A stretch of DNA of 60,592 bases, filler included, from Catajapyx aquilonaris (taxonomy: Eukaryota), in NCBI GenBank assembly GCA_000934665.2. It is 4 parts of 4 records of this genome, joined end to end, with 100 filler letters (N's around TTAATTAATTAA, not from the genome) between each part and the next. Parts side by side here need not be neighbours in the genome. Positions count along the whole stretch, not along the records: positions 45,509 to 60,592 come from JYFJ02007628.1; 3 more parts are not named here. One strand, given 5' to 3'. Below the pieces are notes generated by a model that saw nothing but the letters and a program-made list of their open reading frames with translations, ran no database searches and had not been told where the DNA came from. The position numbers and the translations under genes are program-made. Positions 50,051-60,592 of this stretch are shown in pieces. Positions within the stretch are counted from its first letter, which is position 1, and each line of letters starts with the position of its first letter.

Positions 50051-51638
50051 TTTGATTTGTTTTTGACCTCGGGGCAGTCAAAAAATCGAAATCCTCAAAT
50101 ATAGCATGTTTTTCCCAATCAAGTGAGCCTTAATGTTGCTAGACCATCTCGGATTTTTCGGAAAATAATCACAGCGGTACACAAATATGCCGTAACACTG
50201 CATAGCAAGTTTCAGCCAAATTGCGAAATAACGTGGGGAGGGAAAAAATCGCGAAATTTTGAAAATGGGGCCTTTTTTGGATAATTTTTTTTCGGTTATT
50301 GGAAGTGGTCAAAACCAATCAACATATAAGTTACATCAAATGAAAGAGAAACGCGAGTAGAATACGCCTATGGAATTTCATTTTCTCGAAAATGCACTCA
50401 GAAAAACATGTATGGCATTCCATTGGTCACATCCTCAGTAACATGTCCCAAGTGTTTAGTGTCCCAACAATTAGTGATATACAGTATTTGAGGATTTTGG
50501 TTTTTTGACAGCCCCGAGGTCAAAAACAACTCAAAGACAAAATGAATGCCCATTATGAGTTACGAATGACCTAAGGAACATGGAGATAGCATAATGGATT
50601 TCCATGGACAAATATCGTGTTGCATAGTGTATGTTATAACCGCTCATATCCTGCAATTTCGGCAACCAGCGACCAATGTTTCTGGTACTCTACCTGGTTA
50701 ACGGTTGATCCCTCGATATTACTCCCCCCTACATTTTCGACTTGGTTTGGCCCAAGGAATATGCTGACGGCCGTTGGCAGGACTAGTTAGCAATACCATA
50801 TTTGCAGGCATGTAAGACCCCATTTCAGCAGATCATATTCAGGAAAAAAGTTTTTAGGGTATTTTCGCATAAGACATGGCAACTTTTTTGGGCCATTTTT
50901 TCGGGGGGGGGNGCATCTTACATGCCGTCCAATATGGTATATGTCTGTCTCATTAGTTTCAAGAGAGCCACAATGTATTGTTACGTAGGTTGATTCCCAT
51001 AACCAAGTGGTTTTCAAACTGGGGTACGCGATCACAATTATGGCGGTACGCGAAAGATATTGTGCAATGGTGTCCAGTCTCTACATATTTTGTTGGAACC
51101 ATATTATTCTTTCAACAAGAATGAACCAACTTAATATTATGAGAAATACCCCCAAAAAAGGTCCTACTCATTCCCATCTTTCTTTATGCTATTAATATTT
51201 TAGTGAAGGTTTATTATATGCAGAGGCATTTTCTGACTGCTTCCATTTTCATTCAGCACATGAGTTGAATCTCAAGAAGCAACATGGCAATGTTAACTCG
51301 AACAACTGCTTCTATCATTGCGCTTTGAAACGTTGTGAAGGATTGTAAAATAAACTCTGGCTACAGAGGCTGATCTCCCTGGCCTAAAATTTTTCGAGTC
51401 TCAACGAAACAAACTGGGGACTTCCAAGACATACCCACCAATATATTTAACGTGCAAAGTAAAATCGAAGGATTGATCAAAAAATTCCAGTTTGGGGGAA
51501 AATGTTGTATACAAGGTAGCAGCTTGTCTTGTTTTCCAACACTCCAAGAATTTCAAAGCGACAGTGCAGGCCCAGTGGAAGTCAGTACATGAATACCATT
51601 TACTAACTACCTAATTATGTGAAGCTACCAAAGCAGTT

Positions 51639-51920
51639 ATAATAATAATAATAATAAATAATAATAATGGATACCCCGTGATAGGCCCCTTGGGCCTCTT
51701 AGAGGATCATCTTTTGAATTACCGACTTTAATCATTTGCCTGAAATGTGATGGATTTTGATAGTGGGAGGAAACGGAACCCCGAGAAAACCCACGCGAAC
51801 ACGGAGAGAACCCATCGAAACTCTATCCACATAAGTATCCTCCGTCCGACCCGGGGATCGAACTCGGGACCTTAGAAGTGGAAGGCTGCGGCGCTAACCA
51901 CTCCGCCACCGTGTCGCCCT
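51639..51920 (-). mobile_element. tRNA-derived SINE, family C
   Basis: A-box TGGCGGAGTGG, B-box AGTTCGATCCCC, (ATT)n tail, 15-bp TSD GCTACCAAAGCAGTT. Confidence 0.9.
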
Positions 51921-51927
51921 GCTACCA

Positions 51928-52210
51928 AAGCAGTTTGGAGGAGGGGATATGGTGTCCGACTGCTAATCGGGAGGTCCTGGGATCAAATCCCGGGGCCGGC
52001 AACTCTGACTGTGGTTTTCTGTGGTTTCCCACGGTCCTTCCAGGAAAATTCCGGAGTTGCTTTCGTAATTAATAGGCCACAGACACTTCCTTCCGTCCCT
52101 ATCCTATCCCAAAGAACACAGTAAAATGAGAAGTAAAGAGTTCCAGGCAAAACAAACTTCCCCCCTAAGAGCCGATGGCTGATAACGAGGTATTATTATT
52201 ATTATTATTA
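51928..52210 (+). mobile_element. tRNA-derived SINE, family A, second copy
   Basis: Homologous to 23049-23348; (ATT)n tail; TSD gtgaagct. Confidence 0.88.
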
Positions 52211-53648
52211 CGTGAAGCTGTTTTTCATTAACTTCCCTGAAAACAAAGTACTGCCATCGACTCTGTTTTGAGAAAGACCCCAGGCTTAAATTACCGTATC
52301 ATTGACGCCACTACTATTTTTGTCCCCAATATTAACCAAAAGTGTGAAAGAAAGAAATCACACCCATCACATTAACTGATATTTGCCCAGTTACTATTTT
52401 CAGGTAACAGATCGTGGGAGTGGGGGTACAAACTGTCTTGACATATTTGAAATGGGGTATGCAACAACAAAAAAGTTTGGGAACATACATAACCAATTAC
52501 ATTAATCACCTGGATAAGCCTTGGCCTACAAATGAACAGCTTTCTTGTCATAACAAAATAATGTGAACTGCAAAAATGTTTGTATTGAAAGCCCACAAGT
52601 GTCTATAGAAGCTGTCCACCCTCAGCTGCACTTGGAAAATAACATCAGGTTGAGTACACCAGAATACTAATGCAGAGACTAGTGTCATGTTAGCACTCAT
52701 GGAGGGAGAGGAGGAACTCAGATACTATTTTCAAGCGCTCATTTTGTCCTTACTTGCGGTGTGACTCAAATCACTCTCATAATGGATCAACCTTCTGAAA
52801 AATACACAGAACCGTGAGAATAATAATTAAACACATCGATGTGTTATATATCACTGCATTTCAGTTGAAAAAGCAAGCCTTTAATTCAGCATGTCACAAT
52901 GTTTCAGTCCTCTACAGTCTACAAGTTAATGCCTGCCTAATCATTACAGCCTGCCAATCACAGCAGGCAGCTTGACAAGTCATCAAGCCATGTGTGTTGG
53001 ACTCATGTAAAAAACAAATGATTAACGTGAAGGGACAACGTGAAGTTAACAACTTTTGTTAACTTCATACAAATGTTCAGCAACAAATTCATGCGTATAT
53101 TTTCAGCAGGAACGCTCAGACTCTTGATGTGAGTACATAATTATTCTAAAACATGTCAACTGAAAAGTAAAATCACAACAAATTGATAATTGCTACTCAC
53201 ACCTTTTTACAAAATATAGACAAGGGTGTGTTTTTGGTACCCCTCCAGGATTGTGGATGGAGGGCACATCCTCTTATTAGTGTTTTTGCCATTACTCTAA
53301 GACAGTCATGGCCATAATTCACTCTAGATTTAAATGAATTACGAATTTATTCCTAATTCAATAATGTAATTGACTGGAAACAGTTTATGAAATTTCTATT
53401 TGAACTTAATTGGAGTATGTGAAATTGCTAGTTTCTTAACGACCTTCAATAACTGAACTGAACTGATACATTTAATATTGAATCACGATTCACAATCAAT
53501 TGACTAGATCTTCTGGGCAGACTGTTATTGTGATTGTTGCTTCTTCCATGAATTTTGGGTCCATTTTAAATGGACCTCCCTCCCAGCAAAACAGTTGGTC
53601 AGGTCAATTAATTTTTGTGCACAAAATACAATACAAGAGTGTCACAAT

Positions 53649-53754
53649 CAAGCTACTGAATGCTGCATTATGTAACAACAATAATTGTTGTTACATAATG
53701 CAGCATTCAGTAGCTTGGGTTGTGGAAGAATAATTCTTCTTCTTCCACAACCCA
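53649..53754. repeat. Two abutting palindromes (34-bp arms; 15-bp arms)
   Basis: Direct reading of reverse-complement arms. Confidence 0.92.
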
Positions 53755-54091
53755 CTGGTGCTATTGCTGTTGTATTAGGAATCATGGTCACTATAAGGGC
53801 TGGTTGCATGATCAATACAGTAAATCCAGAAGTGATTAATCCTATGTGAATGACATGGTTCAACCACTTGTTCTGGATTTACCCTAGATCCCACAACTGG
53901 GTGAATTTCATGAGTGTTTGCATATGCAGAAAGTGATCTAATTATTCATAATTTCAAATATTGATACCAATAATGAATAATTCGGATGAGCAACTTCTGG
54001 ATTAACTATGACCTCGTAAGTGATATTCTTGTCCTTCAATCTACATTAAATCTCTTATTTCCTTTTGATATGATCATTCAAGTGGGCTTAA

Positions 54092-54899
54092 CCCCTTCGC
54101 TACCAGATAGGCCGAACCACAGAGAATTTGGCTTATGTGCACTCCGAAGATACGGACAAGATATTTTACAAATATTAACACCTATAGTCACCCGGTCTGG
54201 GAAGACACTATGAATGTGTCTGGAATAATTTTACTCGTCTAGAAGTCCCAAAATTAATCCCCCCCCCCCCCCCAAAAAGGCTATAAAAACTGGAAATCTG
54301 TGAACTGCCGACCAACTGTTAGGTGGATTTAATTATGAGATGCCTGGAAATATTAGGAATAATAACCTTAAGAACCATGCCAGAACAATTTGCTGAAATC
54401 ATCGTACTTTGCGAGAAATAAATTAATACTTATTTGCGGCTTTCTGGCAAACTCGGAAACTTTGGAAAACGCCCAAATTTATTTGCTTCTCATGAAGTAT
54501 GACGATTTCAGAAAATTCATCTCATTATTCATTTGGGAGTTTTTCTAAGTGCCAGAAAGCCGCAAATAAGAATTAATTTCTTTCTTGCAAAGAACGACGA
54601 TTTCAGCAAATTCTTCTGGCATGGTTCTCAAGGTTGTTATTCCGCATATTTTCAGGCATTTTATAATTAAATCCGCCTAACAGTTGGTCGGCAGTACGCA
54701 GATTTCCAGTTTTTATAGCCTTTTTTTGGAAATTAATTTTGGGACTTCTAGATGAGTAAAATTGTTCCAGACACATTCATAGTGTTTTCCCAGATCAGGG
54801 AAGAATAGCTGCTATTATTTGTAAAATACATTGTTTGTATCTTTGGAGTACGCGTAAGCCGAAATCTGTGTGGTTCAGGCCTATCTGGTAGTGAAGGGG
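54092..54899. mobile_element. piggyBac-type non-autonomous fold-back element
   Basis: TTAA|CCCCTTCGCTACCAGATAGGCC...GGCCTATCTGGTAGTGAAGGGG|TTAA; ~355-bp imperfect arms. Confidence 0.9.
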
Positions 54900-55236
54900 T
54901 TAAATAGCCAGATTGTCGGTGGCTACAAAATGAAATAGTCTATTTAGTAAAAACTAGACTAAAAATCGCCAATTTCATGCAATTACAATGACCCATTGAA
55001 TTGTGCATTCAAGTAGCAAAGAAACTGTATTTGCTCACATCTGAATAAAACTTAGAACTGGAAATCAAAATGAGCAGAATTACATTGATTTGGAGGTGTC
55101 GTAATGTTCATGCTTGAAGATTGCAAGATCTCTCTTTCCGACATTTTTCTAGGGTCCTATGACAGTATTATCAATGAACTGATTTGACCATATGCAATAT
55201 GCCTAGTGGACTATTTTGTATTGTTTACATGTCTAA

Positions 55237-55605
55237 CAAGGGAACGACAAGGGTCGGTCGCCTCCAATTAGGTTGAATCTCGCTTGAGGGGGTCCCTCAT
55301 GTGCGATAGACACAGTGGTGGGAGTCCTAGATGCCACTACTAAGTCGTTTCCAAGATATGCGCACAAAAAAATCCGAAGCTTGGCCATACGTACAGGTGT
55401 TGGGTGGGAAGGGACAAATGCAAGGCCCCTCCACCCCTATGTGTATATACGCGCTGCCAAAATTAGGATGTTTCTGTCGCTCATATCTCGGAAAAGGATG
55501 GTCAGTGGCATCTAGGACTCTCCACCATTGTGTCTATCGCACACGAGTTACCCCTCAAGCGAGTTTCAACCAAATCGGAGGCGACTGACCTTGGTCATTC
55601 CCTTG
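55237..55605. mobile_element. MITE with CAAGGGAA ends, ~100-bp imperfect TIR and 3-bp TSD
   Basis: TAA|CAAGGGAACGACAAGGGTCGGTCGCCTCC...GGAGGCGACTGACCTTGGTCATTCCCTTG|TAA. Confidence 0.85.
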
Positions 55606-56344
55606 TAAGTTGAATTGCATCCCGTTTCTAATAAATTGGAAGACATATTAAACTGCATTGCAGCCAGAATTGAAATGGGAATGAGGAATGGGAGGTTGGT
55701 AGGACATGGATTCCTCTGTCCTTCCAGGCTCCCCCTTCGTTACCATTTAGTTTGGTAAGAATGAATGATTGATGTTGGAATGGGGGAGCAAGCCTTGCTT
55801 CACTGTTCGCAACTGCTTTCTACCCTTTCATCTCCCGGGACTTCACAACTTGAAGTAGATATGGGGAATTTTGGAATTTGCACTCCCTTACCTCTCCAGA
55901 ATAATGGAGAGAGACCAAAAAGGCACCCAAAACATAGGCACACTAATTTGTCAAAAAGTCCCTTTCTTTGATGGAATCTGACAGGGATCATTGTGCGTTG
56001 CTCCATATATTCTGTGGCACAACTGGCACATTGACCAATTTTCACATGCACAATGTGTGAGCTGCACAGGCTGCAGAACCCAGCACATAAGCTAGTCAGT
56101 TACATGTGACGTGATGATCCAAGTCCACATTTTAATGTTAAGAAAATTGCACTTGTGTTGCAGTCTTGGGGTTTTTACAAAAATTAAACTATAACAACAA
56201 ACTTAAAATGCCTTTGAAATAAATTATGCAAGAAGTAAAAATGACTATCTCCCATGAACTTCCTTTTTATAACATGGTCACAAATACTACATGGCAAGTT
56301 CAAGAGAAGGTTTTGCACTGGAATAAACCCGGCGTCTTGAGGCA

Positions 56345-57189
56345 TCATTCACTCTCTTCCCTGTACTCATCCTTGGCTTTGCTAATGTTCTGGTTCATCT
56401 GATCATTCTCAAACTCCACAAAATCATCAAAGAGGCTCGGCCAAGCTTCTGTGTCATCGTAGCTGCTGAGATCGTCCCCAACTGCTTCCGCAAAGTTCAG
56501 GAACATGTTCCAAGTGTCTCTCGGAATCCCCCTGACATGGTGTTTCTCCAGAAACTGCAGCCATCGTGGGAGAATTGTCGGCTCTTTCTGGGAAAATACC
56601 AGTTTCCACAAACATATGGCCATGTCTGCAGGGAGGATCCGTTGCCCCATCTCCATGTCTAAGCCAAACTTGAATGTGAAACGGTACAGTTCCTTAAATT
56701 TGCTTGACTCTTGCACTTCAGACAGCATATCTGGAAAGCGGCTCTGAATCCCTTTCAAGGAGTCTGCTTTCAGGGATTTACAACCATCCACAAACTCTTG
56801 GCGGGTGAAGCAGCACATCTGCTCAGCTGAAAACTTCCAGGCAAGGACTAACACTCTAAACTCATCAGGTTTGACCTCCAGGTCAGCACAGAACTTTTCA
56901 ATTCCCTCTGCCAGCATAGCATCCTCCTTGGTGTCCTTGTACTGCTCAAATAAGGCGTTTATTTTTACTTCAGAAGGCTCCTTAGATCCGAACCCTTTCT
57001 TCCCTTCTCCACTCCCCGTCCGACCCAAAGGTGGAATCCTGGGATAAAACATGCGTTTTTCTGTGCGGGAGATTGTGTCTACACCTTGTGAAGGTTTCCC
57101 AGGCTTCCCATTTCCATTACTGTGAGGGTCAATAACAGTAATAGAGGTCCGGCTCTCAGGGTTTCCGTCACTCAAGGCTTGGAGAAGTT
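56345..57189 (-). CDS. DCUN1D3: DCN1-like protein 3, last coding exon (PONY/cullin-binding domain)
   Basis: Acceptor CTCTTCCCCAG|; EGIEKFCADL, VLVLAWKF, FTRQEF, FKELYRFTFKF, IPRDTWNMFLNF, YDDTEAWPSLFDDFVE; intact frame to TGA. Confidence 0.96.
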
Positions 57190-57603
57190 CTGGGGAAGAG
57201 GAATGAGAATACAGTAAGCACTTGTTTTACGTCGGTCCATTTTACGCTGTTTCACATTTACGCCAGTTTGAAAATGACTTTTTAAACATTTTAAATTGAA
57301 AAATTGTTACAAATTTGACTATAACAACACAATCTGAACATAAACACATCACTGCAACACTTGAGTCCAAACACACAACCATAAATACTCTTTTTTTGTT
57401 ATTTGTGGTGCCTTGTGGTGGGGTTTACCAATATACTGTATATGTTACCAGCAATGTGTGAAATCGAAGCATGATATAAACTTACGAATAGGGGAGACCG
57501 GGGCTCGATGGCTACAGGGGAACGATGGCTAAGTCAAATTTTTAAAGAGGCTATTCGGTTCACGGATATGATGCTTATGTGGTAGGTGCAGACAGACATG
57601 CTG

Positions 57604-57608
<5 letters not shown>

Positions 57609-57644
<36 letters not shown>

Positions 57645-57987
57645 TAATAATCCTGGGTAAGTGCTTTCACCCCCGGTGGGGGTATATCACACGGAACCTT
57701 TATTGTACTATTATACATTGGAACCTACTAATTGAAATGCCCGGACCCACGGGCAGGATGACAGGAGGGGATGTGCAAAGTGCAGTGCATCTGACGCTGT
57801 GGCCATTTTTGGTGAACTCCCCCGGGTGGTTTAGTCCGCGGAAATACCACCCGAGACGAAGCCAGAGGTGCCCTAGGTGACCCTGAACTCTGCACGAGAT
57901 GAAGGGGGTGTTCCCGGGTTGGGATCGAACCCCGGGACCTTAACATCCGTGGGCGCATACGTTATCACAGCACCACTCCGCCTCCCC
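57609..57987 (-). mobile_element. tRNA-derived SINE, family B, in the DCUN1D3 intron
   Basis: 14-bp TSD GACATGCTGTATAT, (ATT)n tail, B-box. Confidence 0.9.
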
Positions 57988-58744
57988 GACATGCTGTATA
58001 TTACACCCTATTTTCAATGCAATCGCAAAAGGCTGTCAGTGGCAGTATCTCTTTTTTAGATTTTTGACCATTTGAGTAAATTTCAATTTCTCATTAGCTT
58101 TTCTCTTTTCTTCCAACTGAAGTGCTAGATCACCGAGCCCAATAATGCGTTTGCAAGCTCCAATTTATGGCTACAAAATGACAGCGTATGTTTACTCAGT
58201 CACTATACATTGTTATTATAGTTACATAATGTTAGGGCTGCACACATACCGGTACTGATTAGGTAAGAACTACTTCTCAGGGCTTACTGTAGCATGCAGT
58301 TCTACACAATTATTTTGTGCAGTTCTAAAATCCAAATGTGCAGTTCTGAATAAGGGTTTGTGCAGTCAGATAATAGCAGACAAGTCTGTTATATCCGGCT
58401 TCAACTGCACTTGTACATTGGCACTGCTGGAAATATGAAGGGACCGATCTTTCTATTTGCTTACATCCGATGTGCTTACAGTGTAGGAGGATTCCACTGT
58501 ACTTTGTCAATTATTACGTTCACCTAAGATTGTGTAACCTTGGACCAAAAAAAAAAAAAAATTTAATGCCTGCGGCAGGCATATTGGGTTGGGCAGAAAG
58601 AGAGAGAGGGCACAATATCTGAAATTACTTTCCAGGGGGGCCCGATGTGGCAAAGGTTGAGAACCGTTGATCTACAGGGTGTTCCAGCAAAAAATTTAAA
58701 GTGCAATTAACTTGAAATGTAATTAAATATATTTCAATTTATAA

Positions 58745-58842
58745 GGCCCGATTTCTCAAAACCCAGTTCCGAGTCTCTGAACTGGATTTAAACCGGACTT
58801 GAACCGGGTTTACATTTGAACCACTGTTCCAGAAATCGGGCC
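58745..58842. mobile_element. PIF/Harbinger-type MITE
   Basis: TAA|GGCCCGATTTCT...AGAAATCGGGCC|TAA. Confidence 0.8.
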
Positions 58843-59427
58843 TAAAGTCACTATCAAATTGTTACTATGGTTACAAAATAATACCATACACTGTACTATG
58901 AGAAATTCTCAAGAGTCCAGACTTACAGCACACCCTGTTCTGACGCCACGGGAGGGGGTATGTTTAGCTCACGCTGGGAGGCAGAAAAACTGATTAGCAT
59001 ATGCCATGGTAGTTGAGCCCCCTTCCATGAGGTGGTAGGAGTAGTTTGAGCCTGTGAAACTGTGCTACATCTGTCTCAATTGTAGCGCGCCCAGTTCAAA
59101 AACAGGCAAGACCTCAAATGAGGCACGTAGCCCTCAAAGGGTTAATCAAATTGAATGCCCAAGCAGAACAAGGGGCAAAGTCCAGCAGGGCAAAAAAATA
59201 ATGGTGGTAGAGATTAACAAAATTCTCAGTAAAAATTAAACCTATCTACTGATATTCCACAATTGATATAAGCTTGAAAGGTCCTTTCTATGAAAAGACA
59301 TATATTAACTTCCAAGTTAAATACCACAAGCAGCACTCATTACAATGTATTTATTTTAGTGAGCAGGGCATCCCAATTACAAAGAACTTTTTGGTGTAAA
59401 AAGTTATGTATGTGGGATCTCTCTCAC

Positions 59428-59515
59428 CTTGTTGCTCCTTTGTAGCGAGGTTTCGGTCACGGCTACCTACATCCACTTCCCCAGAAGGCTCGCAACAGGA
59501 GAAGCACTTCCCCAT
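59428..59515 (-). CDS. DCUN1D3: DCUN1D3 first coding exon (MGKCFSCC...)
   Basis: 88 coding nt, donor AAG|GTGAGA; phase 1 joins the 57189 acceptor in frame to give 310 aa. MGxCxxxC acylation motif typical of DCUN1D3. An upstream acceptor at 59648-59649 suggests a further 5'UTR exon. Confidence 0.88.
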
Positions 59516-60420
59516 TGAGCTGAACCGGTGCAGGTGGCAAGGCCAGGTTGGCAACAAGCTGGGACATGTAGAATGCTGACTTTGAAATTGGCACCTAGAG
59601 CTGAAAAGATGATCCTGTGGAGGACAGAGGTCCAGTCAATTTCTAGCCTGTGATGCATGGCACAATACACAAAAACCTTGTTACACAAGGAGTTCATATT
59701 TTTGAAGCTCTTAGTAGTAAGGAAAAATATTTAGCAAATCATGTTTTCCACATGAAACAAATGCCTAAGATTAGTAAGAAGCTTGTTTCTGACATGACAT
59801 ATTCAATGCTACAGTTAAATGAAAAGGGAAACTGCACATACTATTATTACGCAAAATATAGTGGTAAGATGATGAATTAAATCACAAAATATTGAATATT
59901 GTAATCGTGGGTAGTGCTTTCACCCTTTCAGGTATATCGCACGGACCTTGATTGATCTTGATATACCACGTACATAATAACGAACCTTTGTACGAAATGC
60001 CTGGGTGCGCAGGCTTGTGGGGAATGAGGTTCCCAAGGGAGGGCGCTCACAATTATTAGTTTCTAGTCATTTCTGACCCTCTTAAATACCAGACCATTTC
60101 TCCTGGCCCTGGGCAGAGAAGGGAATGAGAATCTGCCCAGACTTGTCGGGTGAAAAGGACTCAGCCTAACCTCCGTGTGCTGTAATCGTTTCGCATACCA
60201 ACTTATAGTCGATGGAAATCTGCGAAACTCACCTCTGGAACCTCCTACTTTTTACATTTCCATGGATCTGTAGATTCCCTCATGCAACAAAAGGAGTAAA
60301 GTGTCAACAAGGCTGAGTCCCCTATAACCTACTCTACCCTCAATGAGCCAAAGGTTAAAATGGATGCTCTAAAAATGGTTAAGTTATAAATAAAACATGG
60401 AAAAGTAAAATTTGAGTATA

Positions 60421-60592
60421 CAGGGTGTTTACGACCTAACTTTACAAACTTCTAGGGGTGATAGAGGGGACCAAGACAAACATTTTTGACATAAAAACCC
60501 GTGTCCGGAAACGCCATCTAGAGGGGGTTCATAGACAAGGAACGGGTGCGCTCAGACGCGTCACGCGAGAGGCGCTAGTCGAGCGGACTGTT
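60421..60592. mobile_element. Start of a Tc1/mariner-like element, cut by the window end
   Basis: TA|CAGGGTGTTT terminus only. Confidence 0.4.

Larger units (their letters stand above)
51004..52250 (+). mobile_element. hAT (Charlie/Buster-like) relic carrying two nested SINEs
   Basis: End CAAGTGGTTTTCAAACTGGGGTACGCG; decayed WLQRL..., TNIFNVQSKIEGLIKKFQF and CFPTLQEF motifs at 51357-51555. Confidence 0.65.

Noticed and set aside
53501..53520. miR-279-like start tgactagatc
   Set aside because: Only the first 10 nt match and no hairpin partner was seen.
45665..54899. Treating the piggyBac ORF and the TTAA fold-back as one element
   Set aside because: The fold-back has its own TTAA on both sides and lies 7.4 kb away; no shared sequence seen.
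59028..59050. let-7-like sequence tgaggtggtaggagtagtt
   Set aside because: Seed mismatch and no convincing precursor hairpin.

Overview
Eukaryotic (invertebrate, probably arthropod-like) genomic DNA rich in repeats. It is not one contiguous locus: four ~15 kb blocks (1-15099, 15200-30308, 30409-45408, 45509-60592) are joined by identical 100-nt N-spacers containing TTAATTAATTAA. Host genes I can support are a two-coding-exon DCUN1D3 (minus strand), a divergent, C-terminally truncated three-exon RPB11/POLR2J copy (plus strand, missed by the ORF track) and a decayed C2H2 zinc-finger gene head-to-head with it. Most of the rest is transposon-derived: Helitrons, an intron-containing but truncated piggyBac transposase, a LINE endonuclease, mariner/Tc1 and hAT relics, several tRNA-derived SINE families, many MITEs and long fold-back elements. 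Block 3 is comparatively TE-poor and lacks recognisable coding sequence. I see no clear-cut novel multi-gene system. The best leads are the divergent RPB11 paralog, the spliced piggyBac transposase, recurring back-to-back palindrome pairs, and TIR elements with atypical terminus/TSD combinations. All family assignments rest on motif recognition by eye, not on database searches.
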